Shown here in pieces: positions 10,397 to 20,511 of a stretch of 64,000 nt of DNA; the stretch's first letter is position 1, and each line of letters starts with the position of its first letter. The notes under the pieces were generated by a model. That model worked only from the letters and a program-made list of their open reading frames with translations, made no database searches and was not told where the DNA came from. Location of the stretch: the NCBI GenBank assembly GCA_963674695.2, contig CAXXGI010000001.1:384001-448000 (forward strand), given 5' to 3'. This DNA is from a bacterium (GTDB lineage: Bacteria > UBA10199 > 2-02-FULL-44-16 > JAAZCA01). A program made the translations under genes and the position numbers.

Positions 10397-10453
10397 AAAA
10401 TTCCCCAATGATTTCAAGGATACTATTTAGAATGGACGAGGAGAACCGCGTCC

Positions 10454-13252
10454 TCACTCATCGTCATCCGCATGAACCGTGATGTCCAGATTGGCGCAGT
10501 GCATCTGGACCTGATAGACGAAATCGTTGCACCAGTTGCCCGTGAGGCCGTAGGCCACCTGGTCTTCATCACAAGACCCATTGTATTGTGTCTCGGAACC
10601 GAGCGACGTCGCCGCGCCATATTCCACACCATGCATGCTCGTCCAGACCTGCAGGCTGTCCTTTTTGGCGAGGACGATTCCCTTCTTTCGATTCCACACC
10701 AGGGGACTGCACTTGAGCGCCGCACCGCGCATGCCGCTGAAACGAGGCTCTTCCTGACGGTTGTTGCCGCTGACGGCGATGCCCGTCACCAAGTGCCCTG
10801 GGGGACAGGCGATCTCTGCACCCTTTGTGGAGTAATCGATCGCGTTGTCGATCGCATCGACGCCGATCAGGAGACTGTCATCCCAAAGATCATTTTCATC
10901 GAGCATATCGCGGCCAACGAGATCAGCCAACACACGCGGCTCCTCTTCAAAGAGGTTTGTCTTACGATAGAGCGGTGCAACTTGCTTCAACGCCCGACGT
11001 CGATAGTTTCCCCATGTTGCTGTCACATGCCACCGAGCACTGATGCCGATCAAACCCCGAAGCAGCGGATAGGACTCATCATCATCCATCAGGTTATCGA
11101 TGGCACTGATCCATGTACTTCCATCATCACCCTTCGCCGTTCCCAGCCATGGCGTCGCGCTCACCGTTCCACTCGCCGCCACGGTGATCTCGCGCACCGG
11201 CCAGACATCGTTGCTCTCATTGACAAATGAACGACAACGCAACGCGAGCCACCGCACCATGCTCTCCTCGCGTTCAACGACATCGATCCCGGCAGCAACG
11301 CCGTTCTCACAACGGCTGGCAAAGCGCGTATCGACCCAGTGCGCACAGAAAACCCCGTTACAATCGGAACGCTCATGGATAGCACCGCTTTGATATGAAT
11401 AATCATCCACACGATTGCTACCCTCTTTTTTATTCAACCAGACATGATGACCGTTGGCACCTTCATCGTTGTCCATTGCCCCTGCCGGACCGATGAAGAC
11501 GACCAGCGGCGAGGTCGTGCTCGCGCCATTTGCCTTCACGCGAATGCGACCGTAGCCATCGACGGCCACGCACTCGAGGGCGAGCGAACCGACGTTGCGG
11601 CCATGCGCATACTTTCCGCTGGTCATATAGAGCGAGCGAACGACATAGTCTTTCGGACAATAGAGCGATTCTTCATGCTGCCCCTCGGTCTCACCGTAAT
11701 AGGTACCACGCTCCCGGAAGGCGGAGAGCCCATCGCCATAGAGAAGCCCTTCTCCTTCACCCTCTCGCCACTGACGATAGACCGGCTGCAGGCCATCGAT
11801 ATCGCCAGTACCGTCTTCGCCCACCTGCAGACGAAATCCAATGAGGAGAGCATCATCCGCTTCGGGCTCGTCGATCTTCTTCACCAATCCCGATGGATAG
11901 GGGAGGCTCTCGGTCGTAACGGGGAGCGGCTTCACCTCTCCCAGCCGGACGAGGGTTCTGTCTTTCCACGTCTTGAGCGTACCCGCGAGGCGCTCGCACC
12001 CCGCCTCCCAACCGCTTACCCCTGTAGCGAGTTCACCCTTGGGATCGAAATTGTGATACAGCTCTCCCATCGCCGCGGCCTTCAGCCTGAGATCCTTGCG
12101 CTTGACTATGCACTCGTCGCTGGCCTCTCCATAATACCCATCCCACGCTTCATAGATATCTTCCTGCGCACGAAACGCCACGTCACACTGATCCTCAGCC
12201 TTCCGCTCACACCCATCGGTGTGATCATTGGTCTCATCCTTGACGGTCGTTTCGAGCGTTTCGAGCGCGGCCTTCTCGATCTCGAGATTGGCCAGCCTCG
12301 TCTCGAGGCCCGCGCAGGCCGAGCCATCGTCTTCGAGCGTCGGGGCCAGCTCCACCTCGGCAGTCGTCACCGCCATGCCGGAAAAACGCGGGAGCTCCGT
12401 GGGCAGGGGCGGAAGGGAATCGAATTCTGTCTTTTTCACCACCGCCATGCGTTCGGGAGGAATCGGTTGATCCTTGAAGGCATGCCCTGCCATGACCCAC
12501 GTAAAGAGATCCTGCTTGGCCATGCTCCAATCCTTTTTCTGATAGCAGGCGCTGATCTTTTCTTTCGAAACGTCGCTTTCGAATGTAGTAAAATAGGGGT
12601 CGGCGGAAATCACATTCCACTTTTCTTGGCTCGACCCAAACGCATCTCCGATTTTTTCGAACCGACCATCCGTCTCATTTCTCGTCTCGATGAAGCGCTC
12701 GCCGATCTCTACAAGCGAGTGGTGATCCCAACAGTCATCATTCTTCCCTGCACCCATCGGACAGGCGGCGATGCTCTCATCGCCCTGCTCACAGAGCGCG
12801 AATGTTGTCTTCAACTCCGCAATATCCTCCTTCGATGCTTCATAGCTGCGGAGCGTCCCGGAGGCGAGGATCTCGCTGCAGGAGCGCGCGGCACACTCCG
12901 CATCGCGCTTGGCCACGAGGCCATCGGCGGCGAAGAGCTGTTCACGCAAATCCGCGATATCGCCTTCGATATCTTCGACATCGCCGCGCATGCGTTCGCA
13001 GCGGCGCAGTTCTTCTTCGGGATCGTCAGGATTGTCCGGATCGTCAGGATTGTCCGGATCGTCAGGATTATCGGGGTCGTCAGGGTCGCCGCAGAGCGGG
13101 CCGACGCAGATATCGGGAGGGTCGATGATGATGTTGTCGTCGGGGCCGTCGAGACCGAGGTCGCCCTTGCCGCCGACACCGTTTCCGGCGCTACAGGCTG
13201 AGAGCAGGGTCAAAGAGAGGACGAAGAGAAAGAGAATGACGAGTTGCCGCAT
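10454..13252 (-). CDS. Large Cys-rich lipoprotein, paralog 2
   Basis: Signal peptide identical to paralog 1 (MRQLVILFLFVLSLTLLSAC); shares RRCERMRGDVE, FCAHW..R..S.CE.GVA and ACPPGHLVTG. Confidence 0.85.
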   Translation of the reverse strand: MRQLVILFLFVLSLTLLSACSAGNGVGGKGDLGLDGPDDNIIIDPPDICVGPLCGDPDDPDNPDDPDNPDDPDNPDDPEEELRRCERMRGDVEDIEGDIADLREQLFAADGLVAKRDAECAARSCSEILASGTLRSYEASKEDIAELKTTFALCEQGDESIAACPMGAGKNDDCWDHHSLVEIGERFIETRNETDGRFEKIGDAFGSSQEKWNVISADPYFTTFESDVSKEKISACYQKKDWSMAKQDLFTWVMAGHAFKDQPIPPERMAVVKKTEFDSLPPLPTELPRFSGMAVTTAEVELAPTLEDDGSACAGLETRLANLEIEKAALETLETTVKDETNDHTDGCERKAEDQCDVAFRAQEDIYEAWDGYYGEASDECIVKRKDLRLKAAAMGELYHNFDPKGELATGVSGWEAGCERLAGTLKTWKDRTLVRLGEVKPLPVTTESLPYPSGLVKKIDEPEADDALLIGFRLQVGEDGTGDIDGLQPVYRQWREGEGEGLLYGDGLSAFRERGTYYGETEGQHEESLYCPKDYVVRSLYMTSGKYAHGRNVGSLALECVAVDGYGRIRVKANGASTTSPLVVFIGPAGAMDNDEGANGHHVWLNKKEGSNRVDDYSYQSGAIHERSDCNGVFCAHWVDTRFASRCENGVAAGIDVVEREESMVRWLALRCRSFVNESNDVWPVREITVAASGTVSATPWLGTAKGDDGSTWISAIDNLMDDDESYPLLRGLIGISARWHVTATWGNYRRRALKQVAPLYRKTNLFEEEPRVLADLVGRDMLDENDLWDDSLLIGVDAIDNAIDYSTKGAEIACPPGHLVTGIAVSGNNRQEEPRFSGMRGAALKCSPLVWNRKKGIVLAKKDSLQVWTSMHGVEYGAATSLGSETQYNGSCDEDQVAYGLTGNWCNDFVYQVQMHCANLDITVHADDDE
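13020..13090. repeat. In-frame 18-bp tandem repeat encoding (DDPDNP)n
   Basis: ggatcgtcaggattgtcc units inside paralog 2; protein reads DPDDPDNPDDPDNPDDPDNPDDP. Confidence 0.9.
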
Positions 13253-13272
13253 AGGAAGAACCTCCATTCCTA

Positions 13273-13335
13273 TTATCGGCTGCAACGGGGGCAGGAGGTG
13301 TGCGCGGGCACCAAAAACCGTTCACTTATGAGTAC
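13273..13335 (-). promoter_or_regulatory. sigma28-like promoter with upstream GTTCAC-N4-GAGTAC box
   Basis: Minus strand CACCT-N15-GCCGATAA (13300-13273); box at 13320-13335. Confidence 0.6.
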
Positions 13336-13497
13336 GCAGAAAGAAAACAATATCGGGAGGTTTCATTACTCCTGTCGCTTGCGGGGTTCAGAATATCCGT
13401 CACCATCCACATGACCCGGCGGGTCAGCTGACCTTGACGCTCCAGTCCTCGAATTGCTTCCGATAGGTTTCATACCCGGATTTTCCCTGGATGGGCG

Positions 13498-16254
13498 CTA
13501 TTCTTCCGGATCGGCCCAGGAGGTGGCCTTGATCGTGAGCGGAGCGCAGACGGCAGAGACCCTTCGCACAAACGCATCGGTGCGATTACCCACGATACCC
13601 ACGACCACCTCATCATCGTTTTCGCAGATTTCCTCCCACTGAGCATCACCGTCCTCGCTCGTTCCCTTCATGCTCGTCCAGGTCATATACTTCTTCGCGT
13701 CTCCCTGTTTAATCGCATCGGAATCCTTGAAATACGCGATCGGTGTACACCGCAGCGCAACCCCTCGAGTCTGTGTCAGCATATATCTTCCCCTATAACG
13801 TTTCCCCGCAATGCCGGTGACGACATGACCGGCCGGGCAGGAGATTTTGGTCCCCCAATCGTTCAGCCGATCCACATCCCCATTGTCATAGTTCGTCATG
13901 CTGTTGACAAAACTGGGGATGATCATTTCACCAAAGCAGAGCGGATCGTCCGAGCCCCCGCAGATCACGCCATCAACGAACAGATCCCGAGGTTGCCGAA
14001 AAACGGGCGTCAAAAAAGAGACCGCATATTCCCCAGATGAATTCGATCCACTCACATCCTTTTCCATACGAGACACACGGATACCGGTCACGACGGGACT
14101 TCCCTCCCCTTCCCAGGCATCCCAATCGGGCTCGACCGTCTTCTTGATCTTCTCTTGTTTTTCAAAAAACACTTTTTCCACATTGTACCGCTCCGCACTC
14201 TCATCGACCTTGATCTCGACGGACCATGACTTGTATTTTCCCTCGTTCTCGAACGGACGGCAGTTGAGCCAGAGTTCATGGATGCGCGTATCCTTCTCAT
14301 TCGTGTAGCCATGGAGACCGGTCGCAACGCCGTCTTCGCACGCGCTCTGAAATCGCGTGAGCGGCCAGTGGGCACAGAACTGCCCATAACAATCCTCGCG
14401 ATCCTTGATCAACTTACTCGCCCGATCATCAGGATGGGTATCATCGCCGACTTTTCCGACCGGGGTCAGGTGGAGCGTGAGGAATTTCCCCGTATCATAG
14501 TCATCTTCATCCGCGGCATGGAGGCGCACGCGACCATGGCCATCGATGGCCACGCACTGGGCCGCGAGCGAGCCGACGTTGCGACCAGAACCGGAGTGTC
14601 CCTTGGTCATGAAGATACGGCTGATCGCGTATCCGGCCGGGCAACGCATCTGCGAAGAGGACTGCCCGTCTTTTTTCTTCTGACGACCGAACGATCCCCC
14701 CGATGTCCGCTCTCCCACCAGACCGCCGATACCGTCTTCGCTCTCCATCGCGGGAATCCAGTCCTGATAAATAGGCGTCACACCGGTGAGATCGCCCCCG
14801 CTCCAGAGGTCGAAGCCGACGAGGACTCGGTTGCTGACGGCATTTGTCACAAAATGCGTCCACTCCACCCGATCCCCTGCCTGTGGGTGCCAATTCGGAT
14901 CGCCGGTGGAGGTGCGATTCTCCTCGCCCAGCCGAAGGACGTTGTCCTTCTTCCAGACCTCAAACTCCTTCTTCATCAGCGCACAACTCGTCAACCCATC
15001 CTGCATCGCTGAAGCGATATCGCCCGTCGACGCGAACAACAGATACTTCTCGCCAACCTGTGCGGCCTTCTCCACGAGCGCGCTGCGCTTGACCATGCAC
15101 CCACCGATGGCAGTCGTCTCGTCCTTGCGCTTCCCATAAAACGTCTTCCACGCCTCATAGATATCGTCCTGCGCGCGCAACGCCTCGTTGCACTGATCCT
15201 CCGCCTTCCGCTTGCAGCCATTTTCACGACCGTTCGTTTCATCTTTGACCGCATCCTGCAGATTTTTCAGTGCCGTCTTCTCCGCCTCGAGATTCGCCAG
15301 CCGCGTCTCGAGCCCTTCACAGGCCGAGCCATCGTCGAAGAGTGCTCGCGCCGCTGCAACCAAAGCGGGTGCGACCGCAATGCCACCAAACTGAGGAAGA
15401 ACCTCTGGAGGCACGGGGAGAGAGGAACTCGCCACGGATGTCTGTTCCGCTGCAATCGGATGGGCATCGACCCGGCGCAGAAGCGACCGGCCTCCGACGA
15501 GCTCTGTTCCGATACCACCCCGTCTTTCCGTGTCGAGGCAGGCATCGATATGCGCGGAATCGCTCGCATTGCGAAAGGCTTCGAGATAGCCGTCCGCCCG
15601 GATGTCATCCTCTTGGTCGGCCAAGAGGGTGTAGACCTTCGCCTGGGCCTGAACGCGCGGTTCGGTCTTTTTTGCGACCCGGCCGATCTCGGTGGCGATC
15701 CCTGAGAGCGAATAGTGATCCCAGCAATCGTCCTTGCCGTTGGCACCCATGGTGCATTTGGAAATGCTCGCATCGCCCTTTTCACAGCGCCCAAACTCCG
15801 CGGCCAGATCGGCGATTTTCTCTTTCGAGGCCTCATGGCTCCGGATCGTCCCGGAGGCCACAATCGCTTCACAGGAGCGCGCGCTACAAGTTGCATCGCG
15901 CTGGGCCACGAGACCGTCGGCCGCAAAGAGGCGTTCGCGCAGATCCGCGACATCGCCTTCGATCTCCTCGACATCGTCGCGCATCGCCTCGCAGCGGCGG
16001 ACCTCAACTTCGGCCTCTTCCGCTTCATCCTCAACATCATTGTCGACATCAGCATCGTCAGCATCACCATCATCATCGTTCTCGTCATCGCTGCAAAGCG
16101 GGCCGACGCAGAGATCGGGGCCATCGACGATGATACTATCGTCGGGACCATCGAGGACGAGGTCCCCCTCGCCATCGACGCCATTTCCGGCGCTGCAGGC
16201 GGAGAAAGCGATAATCATGAACGTGATGAGGATGAGGGAGGAGATATTCCGCAT
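13498..16254 (-). CDS. Large Cys-rich lipoprotein, paralog 3
   Basis: Lipobox FSAC followed by SAGNGV; same block architecture as paralogs 1 and 2 (CPAGYAISR, FCAHWPLTRFQSACEDGVATG, SCPAGHVVTG). Confidence 0.85.
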   Translation of the reverse strand: MRNISSLILITFMIIAFSACSAGNGVDGEGDLVLDGPDDSIIVDGPDLCVGPLCSDDENDDDGDADDADVDNDVEDEAEEAEVEVRRCEAMRDDVEEIEGDVADLRERLFAADGLVAQRDATCSARSCEAIVASGTIRSHEASKEKIADLAAEFGRCEKGDASISKCTMGANGKDDCWDHYSLSGIATEIGRVAKKTEPRVQAQAKVYTLLADQEDDIRADGYLEAFRNASDSAHIDACLDTERRGGIGTELVGGRSLLRRVDAHPIAAEQTSVASSSLPVPPEVLPQFGGIAVAPALVAAARALFDDGSACEGLETRLANLEAEKTALKNLQDAVKDETNGRENGCKRKAEDQCNEALRAQDDIYEAWKTFYGKRKDETTAIGGCMVKRSALVEKAAQVGEKYLLFASTGDIASAMQDGLTSCALMKKEFEVWKKDNVLRLGEENRTSTGDPNWHPQAGDRVEWTHFVTNAVSNRVLVGFDLWSGGDLTGVTPIYQDWIPAMESEDGIGGLVGERTSGGSFGRQKKKDGQSSSQMRCPAGYAISRIFMTKGHSGSGRNVGSLAAQCVAIDGHGRVRLHAADEDDYDTGKFLTLHLTPVGKVGDDTHPDDRASKLIKDREDCYGQFCAHWPLTRFQSACEDGVATGLHGYTNEKDTRIHELWLNCRPFENEGKYKSWSVEIKVDESAERYNVEKVFFEKQEKIKKTVEPDWDAWEGEGSPVVTGIRVSRMEKDVSGSNSSGEYAVSFLTPVFRQPRDLFVDGVICGGSDDPLCFGEMIIPSFVNSMTNYDNGDVDRLNDWGTKISCPAGHVVTGIAGKRYRGRYMLTQTRGVALRCTPIAYFKDSDAIKQGDAKKYMTWTSMKGTSEDGDAQWEEICENDDEVVVGIVGNRTDAFVRRVSAVCAPLTIKATSWADPEE

Positions 16255-16261
16255 GTTAGGA

Positions 16262-16323
16262 TTATCGGCAGGCCGGGGGGGCAAAGGTGCCGCGAAACGG
16301 AGATACCGTGGACAGAAGAGAAC
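16262..16323 (-). promoter_or_regulatory. sigma28-like promoter (probably leaderless) with GTGGAC-N4-GAGAAC box
   Basis: CACCT-N15-GCCGATAA, only 7 nt before the ATG, no SD; box at 16308-16323. Confidence 0.65.
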
Positions 16324-16506
16324 GAATTTCCTGAATCATTTCAAGGTTACTCGATAGAACTGACCGACGGAAAAAAGAGGCGAGAACGTGACAGCATTGA
16401 AATGGAGGTTGACGGATCGGGCAGGCGCATGCTACCCCGACGCCACTAATCAGCTTAGAATTCAAGTGTTTACAACGTTTTGGATTTTATAAACGAAGGA
16501 GGCATC

Positions 16507-18399
16507 ATGAACGCACGCAGCGCAGGGGCCGAACCAGCCCTCGACCTGAACACCACCTCGAAGATCGGGCAGCAGGGGCGCACAATCGTGCGCGGTCGCA
16601 CCCGGCCCGGATTTCTCAACGAACAGCAGCCGAGCATGACCTATTCGGGCCACCCGATCCGTGAGGTCCCCTGGACACTCCCCTACTGGACCACCTCGCT
16701 CTGCCCCGAGTGCAAGGCGATCATCCGCGCGCGCAAATATGCCGAAGATGGATGCGTCTATATGGAAAAAGAGTGCGCCGAACACGGCTACTTCCGCGAA
16801 CGCCTCTCGCGCGACACGAACTTCTATCTGCAGATGTTCACCAATCGCTATGGCGACAATCGCGGCTTTTCGAATCCGCTGGCGCGAACCGATGCGAAAG
16901 CGGAATGCCCCAGCAACTGTGGCATCTGCAACATGCACCACTCGCATACCTGCATGTCCAACGTGGATCTCACCAACCGGTGCGACATGCGCTGCCCGGT
17001 CTGTTTCGCCAACGCCGCGGCCATGGGCTATATCACCGAACCGGGCCTCGACCAGGTGCGCGCGATGCTCGAGACCCTTCGCAACCGCAAGCCCGTGCCG
17101 TGCAAGGTGGTGCAGTTCTCGGGCGGAGAGCCCACCTGCCATCCGCAGTTCATCGAGATCCTCCAGATGGCCAAGGGCATGGGGTTCGAGCACATCCAGA
17201 TCGCGACCAACGGCAAGAACATGTCCGATCTCGACTTCGCACGCCGCTGCCGCGAAGCGGGGTTGGCGAGCCTCTATCTGCAGTTCGACGGCGTCACCGA
17301 CGAGGTTTATAGCAAGACGCGTGCGGAAAAGGACCTGTTGCGCGTGAAGCTGCAGGTGCTGGAGGTCTGCCGCGAGGTGGGCCTGCGCGTCGTGCTGGTG
17401 CCAACGATCATTCGCGGACTCAACGACCATCACGTCGGTGCGATCACCCGCTTTGCGTGCGACAACTCCGATGTCGTCACGGGCGTCTCCTTTCAGCCGG
17501 TCTGCTTCACCGGGCGCATCTCGGAGAAGGATCGCACGGAGCAGCGCTATACCATCACGGATCTCGCGCTCGATATCGAAGGACAGACCAGCGGGCTCAT
17601 GCCGAGCGTGAACTGGTTTCCGCTCGGGGCCACACAACCGCTCTCGAAACTCTCGGAGGCATTCGCGGGAAAACCCGCCTTCTTCGTCTCCTGCCACCCG
17701 GACTGCGGCGGCGGCGGATATCTCTTCATCAACCCGAACGATCCGAACGAGATCGTCCCGCTCACACAGTTCTTCGACTTGAACGGCGCACTGGCCGACG
17801 TAAACTCGCTGGCGCAGCGCATCGCTCGGCGCCGCAGCCGCCTCTGGTATCGGTGGGCCACCGCCCTCGGGCTCAAGAAATCCGCCGATCTCATCGGGGG
17901 CTTGGGCGCACTGCGCATTCTCAAACGCCACTTTGATGAGAGCAAGGCGCCGACAGGCTTAACGCTCAAGCGCATCTTGGGCGTCATCGAGGGTTATCGC
18001 AACACGCGGCGCGGGCGACAGACCGACGCCGAGCGCACCTTCAGCTACAACACCGTCTTCATCGCGGGCATGCACTTCCAGGACGTCTACAACTATGACA
18101 CCGAGCGCACGCGTCGCTGTGTGATCCATCAGTCGGCGCCGGATGGGAAGATGTATCCGTTCTGCACCTATAACTCCGGCCCCTACTATCGCGAGCGCGT
18201 CGAGGAGCAGATGCAGACGACGACGGCGGATGACTATGTGGCCAGCAGCGATACGCACGCGAGCGACGATCGGAAGAAGCGTTTCAACCCGGATCCCAAA
18301 CTGCGCGAGATCGTCGTGAAGGACTACGGCGTGGGCAATGCGGGCGATCACTTTGAAATCCCGGAGAACTACGGCTGTTGTTCGACGGCGAAGGCTTGA
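16507..18399 (+). CDS. Radical SAM protein of the MJ0619 / tetraether lipid synthase (Tes, GDGT-MAS) family
   Basis: N-terminal SLCPEC...KECAEHG, CPSNCGICNMH, radical SAM motif CDMRCPVC, QFSGGEPT, SCHPDCG, MHFQDVYNYD..R..RCVIH, PFCTYN; GAAGGAGG RBS. Confidence 0.88.
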   Translation: MNARSAGAEPALDLNTTSKIGQQGRTIVRGRTRPGFLNEQQPSMTYSGHPIREVPWTLPYWTTSLCPECKAIIRARKYAEDGCVYMEKECAEHGYFRERLSRDTNFYLQMFTNRYGDNRGFSNPLARTDAKAECPSNCGICNMHHSHTCMSNVDLTNRCDMRCPVCFANAAAMGYITEPGLDQVRAMLETLRNRKPVPCKVVQFSGGEPTCHPQFIEILQMAKGMGFEHIQIATNGKNMSDLDFARRCREAGLASLYLQFDGVTDEVYSKTRAEKDLLRVKLQVLEVCREVGLRVVLVPTIIRGLNDHHVGAITRFACDNSDVVTGVSFQPVCFTGRISEKDRTEQRYTITDLALDIEGQTSGLMPSVNWFPLGATQPLSKLSEAFAGKPAFFVSCHPDCGGGGYLFINPNDPNEIVPLTQFFDLNGALADVNSLAQRIARRRSRLWYRWATALGLKKSADLIGGLGALRILKRHFDESKAPTGLTLKRILGVIEGYRNTRRGRQTDAERTFSYNTVFIAGMHFQDVYNYDTERTRRCVIHQSAPDGKMYPFCTYNSGPYYRERVEEQMQTTTADDYVASSDTHASDDRKKRFNPDPKLREIVVKDYGVGNAGDHFEIPENYGCCSTAKA

Positions 18400-18443
18400 C
18401 GGCCGTGACACGTGACACGTAACACGTGATTCGTACAAAAACG

Positions 18444-18479
18444 TAAAAAGACCGGCGCTCACAAGCGCCGGTCTTTTTA
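18444..18479 (+). terminator. Rho-independent terminator, likely bidirectional
   Basis: taaaaagaccggcgct-caca-agcgccggtcttttta, between convergent genes. Confidence 0.85.
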
Positions 18480-18500
18480 CATGGACGAAAAGCACTGCCG

Positions 18501-18690
18501 TTGTCATTCCCGCCCTTCGACTACGCTCAGGACAGGCTCCAGCGGGAATCTCGCTGTATCGTAAAAATCGAGATTCCCGCCTTCGCGGGAATGACAAACA
18601 GAGGCGGGAATGACAAACAGAGGCGGAGATGACAAACAGAGGCGGGAATGACAAACAGAGGCGGAGATGACAAACGGAGAAATGACACTG
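18501..18690. repeat. dRS3-like ATTCCC-N8-GGGAAT REP pair followed by 19-bp tandem repeats
   Basis: gtcattcccgc...gcgggaatctcg / cgagattcccgccttcgcgggaatgacaa, then about 4 copies of gaggcgg(ga/ag)atgacaaaca. Confidence 0.85.
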
Positions 18691-18703
18691 TTTGGAATCC
18701 GTT

Positions 18704-19396
18704 TCACTCCGACCAGAGCAGGCGTTCGCGGATGCGGCGCTCGGCGCGGGCAAAACGCGCGCGATATTTTGGGTGGGTGATCATCTTGGGGTTGGGCAGG
18801 AGCGAGGCGAGCTTCGCCGCCTGAACGATGTTCAGACCTGAGGCGCTCGTGCCGACGTGATAGCGCGCGCCGAGCTCGGCGCCGTAGATGCGCGGCGCAA
18901 ACTCGGCGACGTTGAGATACATTTCAAGAATGCGCTCCTTGGAGAGCATCGTCTCCATCGCGAGTGCAAGCCAGACCTCGTTCCACTTGCGCATCCACGT
19001 CCGTTTCGGGCCGAGGAATATATTCTTGGCCGTCTGCATCGTGATGGACGATGCGCCCCGCACGACACGCCCCGCACGAATATTGGCGAGAATCGAGTTG
19101 GCGATGAGAACGCCATCGAGGCCATGATGCGCGAAGAAGCGCGGATCCTCCGCCTCGATCACCGCACGGCGCAAGATGGGCGCGATGCGATCAAGGGCAA
19201 CCCACTGCTGTACGACCGGACGCGAACAGCTCCGCATGAAGGGCGTGGTCGTCGGGTTCTGCTCACGCAACTGCGCCACCGCAGACACGCCCCGTCCGAT
19301 GAGGAGCATGCCCGCGATAAAGGCACAGACGATACCGATGGAAATCAATCGCTTCAAAAGGGCAGATCCTCCTGGGAAAGAGCATGCGCCGTTCAC
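18704..19396 (-). CDS. mtgA: Monofunctional peptidoglycan transglycosylase
   Basis: GT51 motifs EDPRFFAHHG, GASSITMQTAKN, RKWNE, KERILEMYLN; start uncertain. Confidence 0.9.
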   Translation of the reverse strand: MNGACSFPGGSALLKRLISIGIVCAFIAGMLLIGRGVSAVAQLREQNPTTTPFMRSCSRPVVQQWVALDRIAPILRRAVIEAEDPRFFAHHGLDGVLIANSILANIRAGRVVRGASSITMQTAKNIFLGPKRTWMRKWNEVWLALAMETMLSKERILEMYLNVAEFAPRIYGAELGARYHVGTSASGLNIVQAAKLASLLPNPKMITHPKYRARFARAERRIRERLLWSE

Positions 19397-20478
19397 CGCG
19401 GAAATTCCTGCGAAGCCACTTCAATCGTATGTCCCGTCACACCCGGCGCCCACATCTCTGCCTTGAGGGCATCGACGCTGGAGAAGCTCGAATAGGTCAG
19501 CACCGATCCCTCGCCAGTGACCAGCAACGGTTTGCAGGGATAGCCGTATTTCCCTGAAACCCCCTTTGAACACTTGTTGGTAAACTGCCCGAGTCCGGTG
19601 GGATTTCCATCCACCAGTACGCCAGCGGTGCTATAGCTGATTCCATCGTGTTCTTGAAGAAAGTCGATCGCCTGGGCGATAAGACCGTTATCGTTGCCAT
19701 CCCAGGACAGACTTCCCATCATCCGTTTGAAGTTGTCATAGAACCCCTCCATGTGGCCAGCAAAGTCTTTTTGCTGACCATCTTTATCCTCATGATACAT
19801 CCCGTGCAGCCAGGTCGGAACATAAACGATCGCCTCTTGTCCTTCCGGCACGAACCACGAAACACGGTAGACGCCGCGATCATTCCGCCCATTCTCGCGA
19901 TCATGGTCCGTCTGATCGACAAACTCGACATTGAGGGCAAACACATCCGCATCGTCATCGTCGCCCGTCTGCGTTCCGGTGCCATTGCCATGTCCGCCAC
20001 CGCCGGTCACACCATCGTCGTCATCATCATCATCGTCATCGCCAACGACCGCTTCGCCATCGATGACGAGTTCCACGGTATTCGATTCCAGAATCCCATC
20101 CTCCGTCTCGCGCAGGACCTTCACGGAGACACTCCCCGCCTCGATCGCGGGCACGGTGAACGGGACCTGCCCGTCGATGGCATCGGGCTCGGCCGAGCTC
20201 ATCAGGCCCGAGAGAAAAGCGTTGCTGCTCACCGTAGCCACGATGGTCTGGTCTCCCACCATCACCTCGTCGGTCGTCGCATCCAGCCCCTCGCCGTAGA
20301 GGATGACGGTCTCGCCCGGGGCCGCACTGGAAACGCTGATCCCGTCCACACGGAGGCCATTGCCACCACCGCCGGGACCATCGCCACCGCCGCCAAAACC
20401 GGAATCATCGCCGCCACCGGAACAGCCGGCCGACATGAGTACCCCCACCAGGATCAGCACTATTGATTTCCGATGCAT
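19393..20478 (-). CDS. Lipoprotein with IPT/TIG-like domain and Gly/Asp-rich linkers
   Basis: TAAGGAGG RBS, lipobox SAGC, Ig-like motif SSAAPGETVILYGEGL...VPAIEAGSVSVKV, poly-Asp tract. Confidence 0.75.
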   Translation of the reverse strand: MHRKSIVLILVGVLMSAGCSGGGDDSGFGGGGDGPGGGGNGLRVDGISVSSAAPGETVILYGEGLDATTDEVMVGDQTIVATVSSNAFLSGLMSSAEPDAIDGQVPFTVPAIEAGSVSVKVLRETEDGILESNTVELVIDGEAVVGDDDDDDDDDGVTGGGGHGNGTGTQTGDDDDADVFALNVEFVDQTDHDRENGRNDRGVYRVSWFVPEGQEAIVYVPTWLHGMYHEDKDGQQKDFAGHMEGFYDNFKRMMGSLSWDGNDNGLIAQAIDFLQEHDGISYSTAGVLVDGNPTGLGQFTNKCSKGVSGKYGYPCKPLLVTGEGSVLTYSSFSSVDALKAEMWAPGVTGHTIEVASQEFPR

Positions 20479-20511
20479 ACAACCTCCTTATAATACATTC
20501 CCCAGTTAGGT

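Noticed and set aside
7561-16254. Diversity-generating retroelement acting on the lipoproteins
   Set aside because: No reverse transcriptase and no TR/VR pair with adenine-specific differences seen; divergence is spread along the genes.
18585-18690. 19-bp repeats as a CRISPR array
   Set aside because: Head-to-tail copies with no unique spacers, derived from the adjacent REP end; no cas genes in the window.
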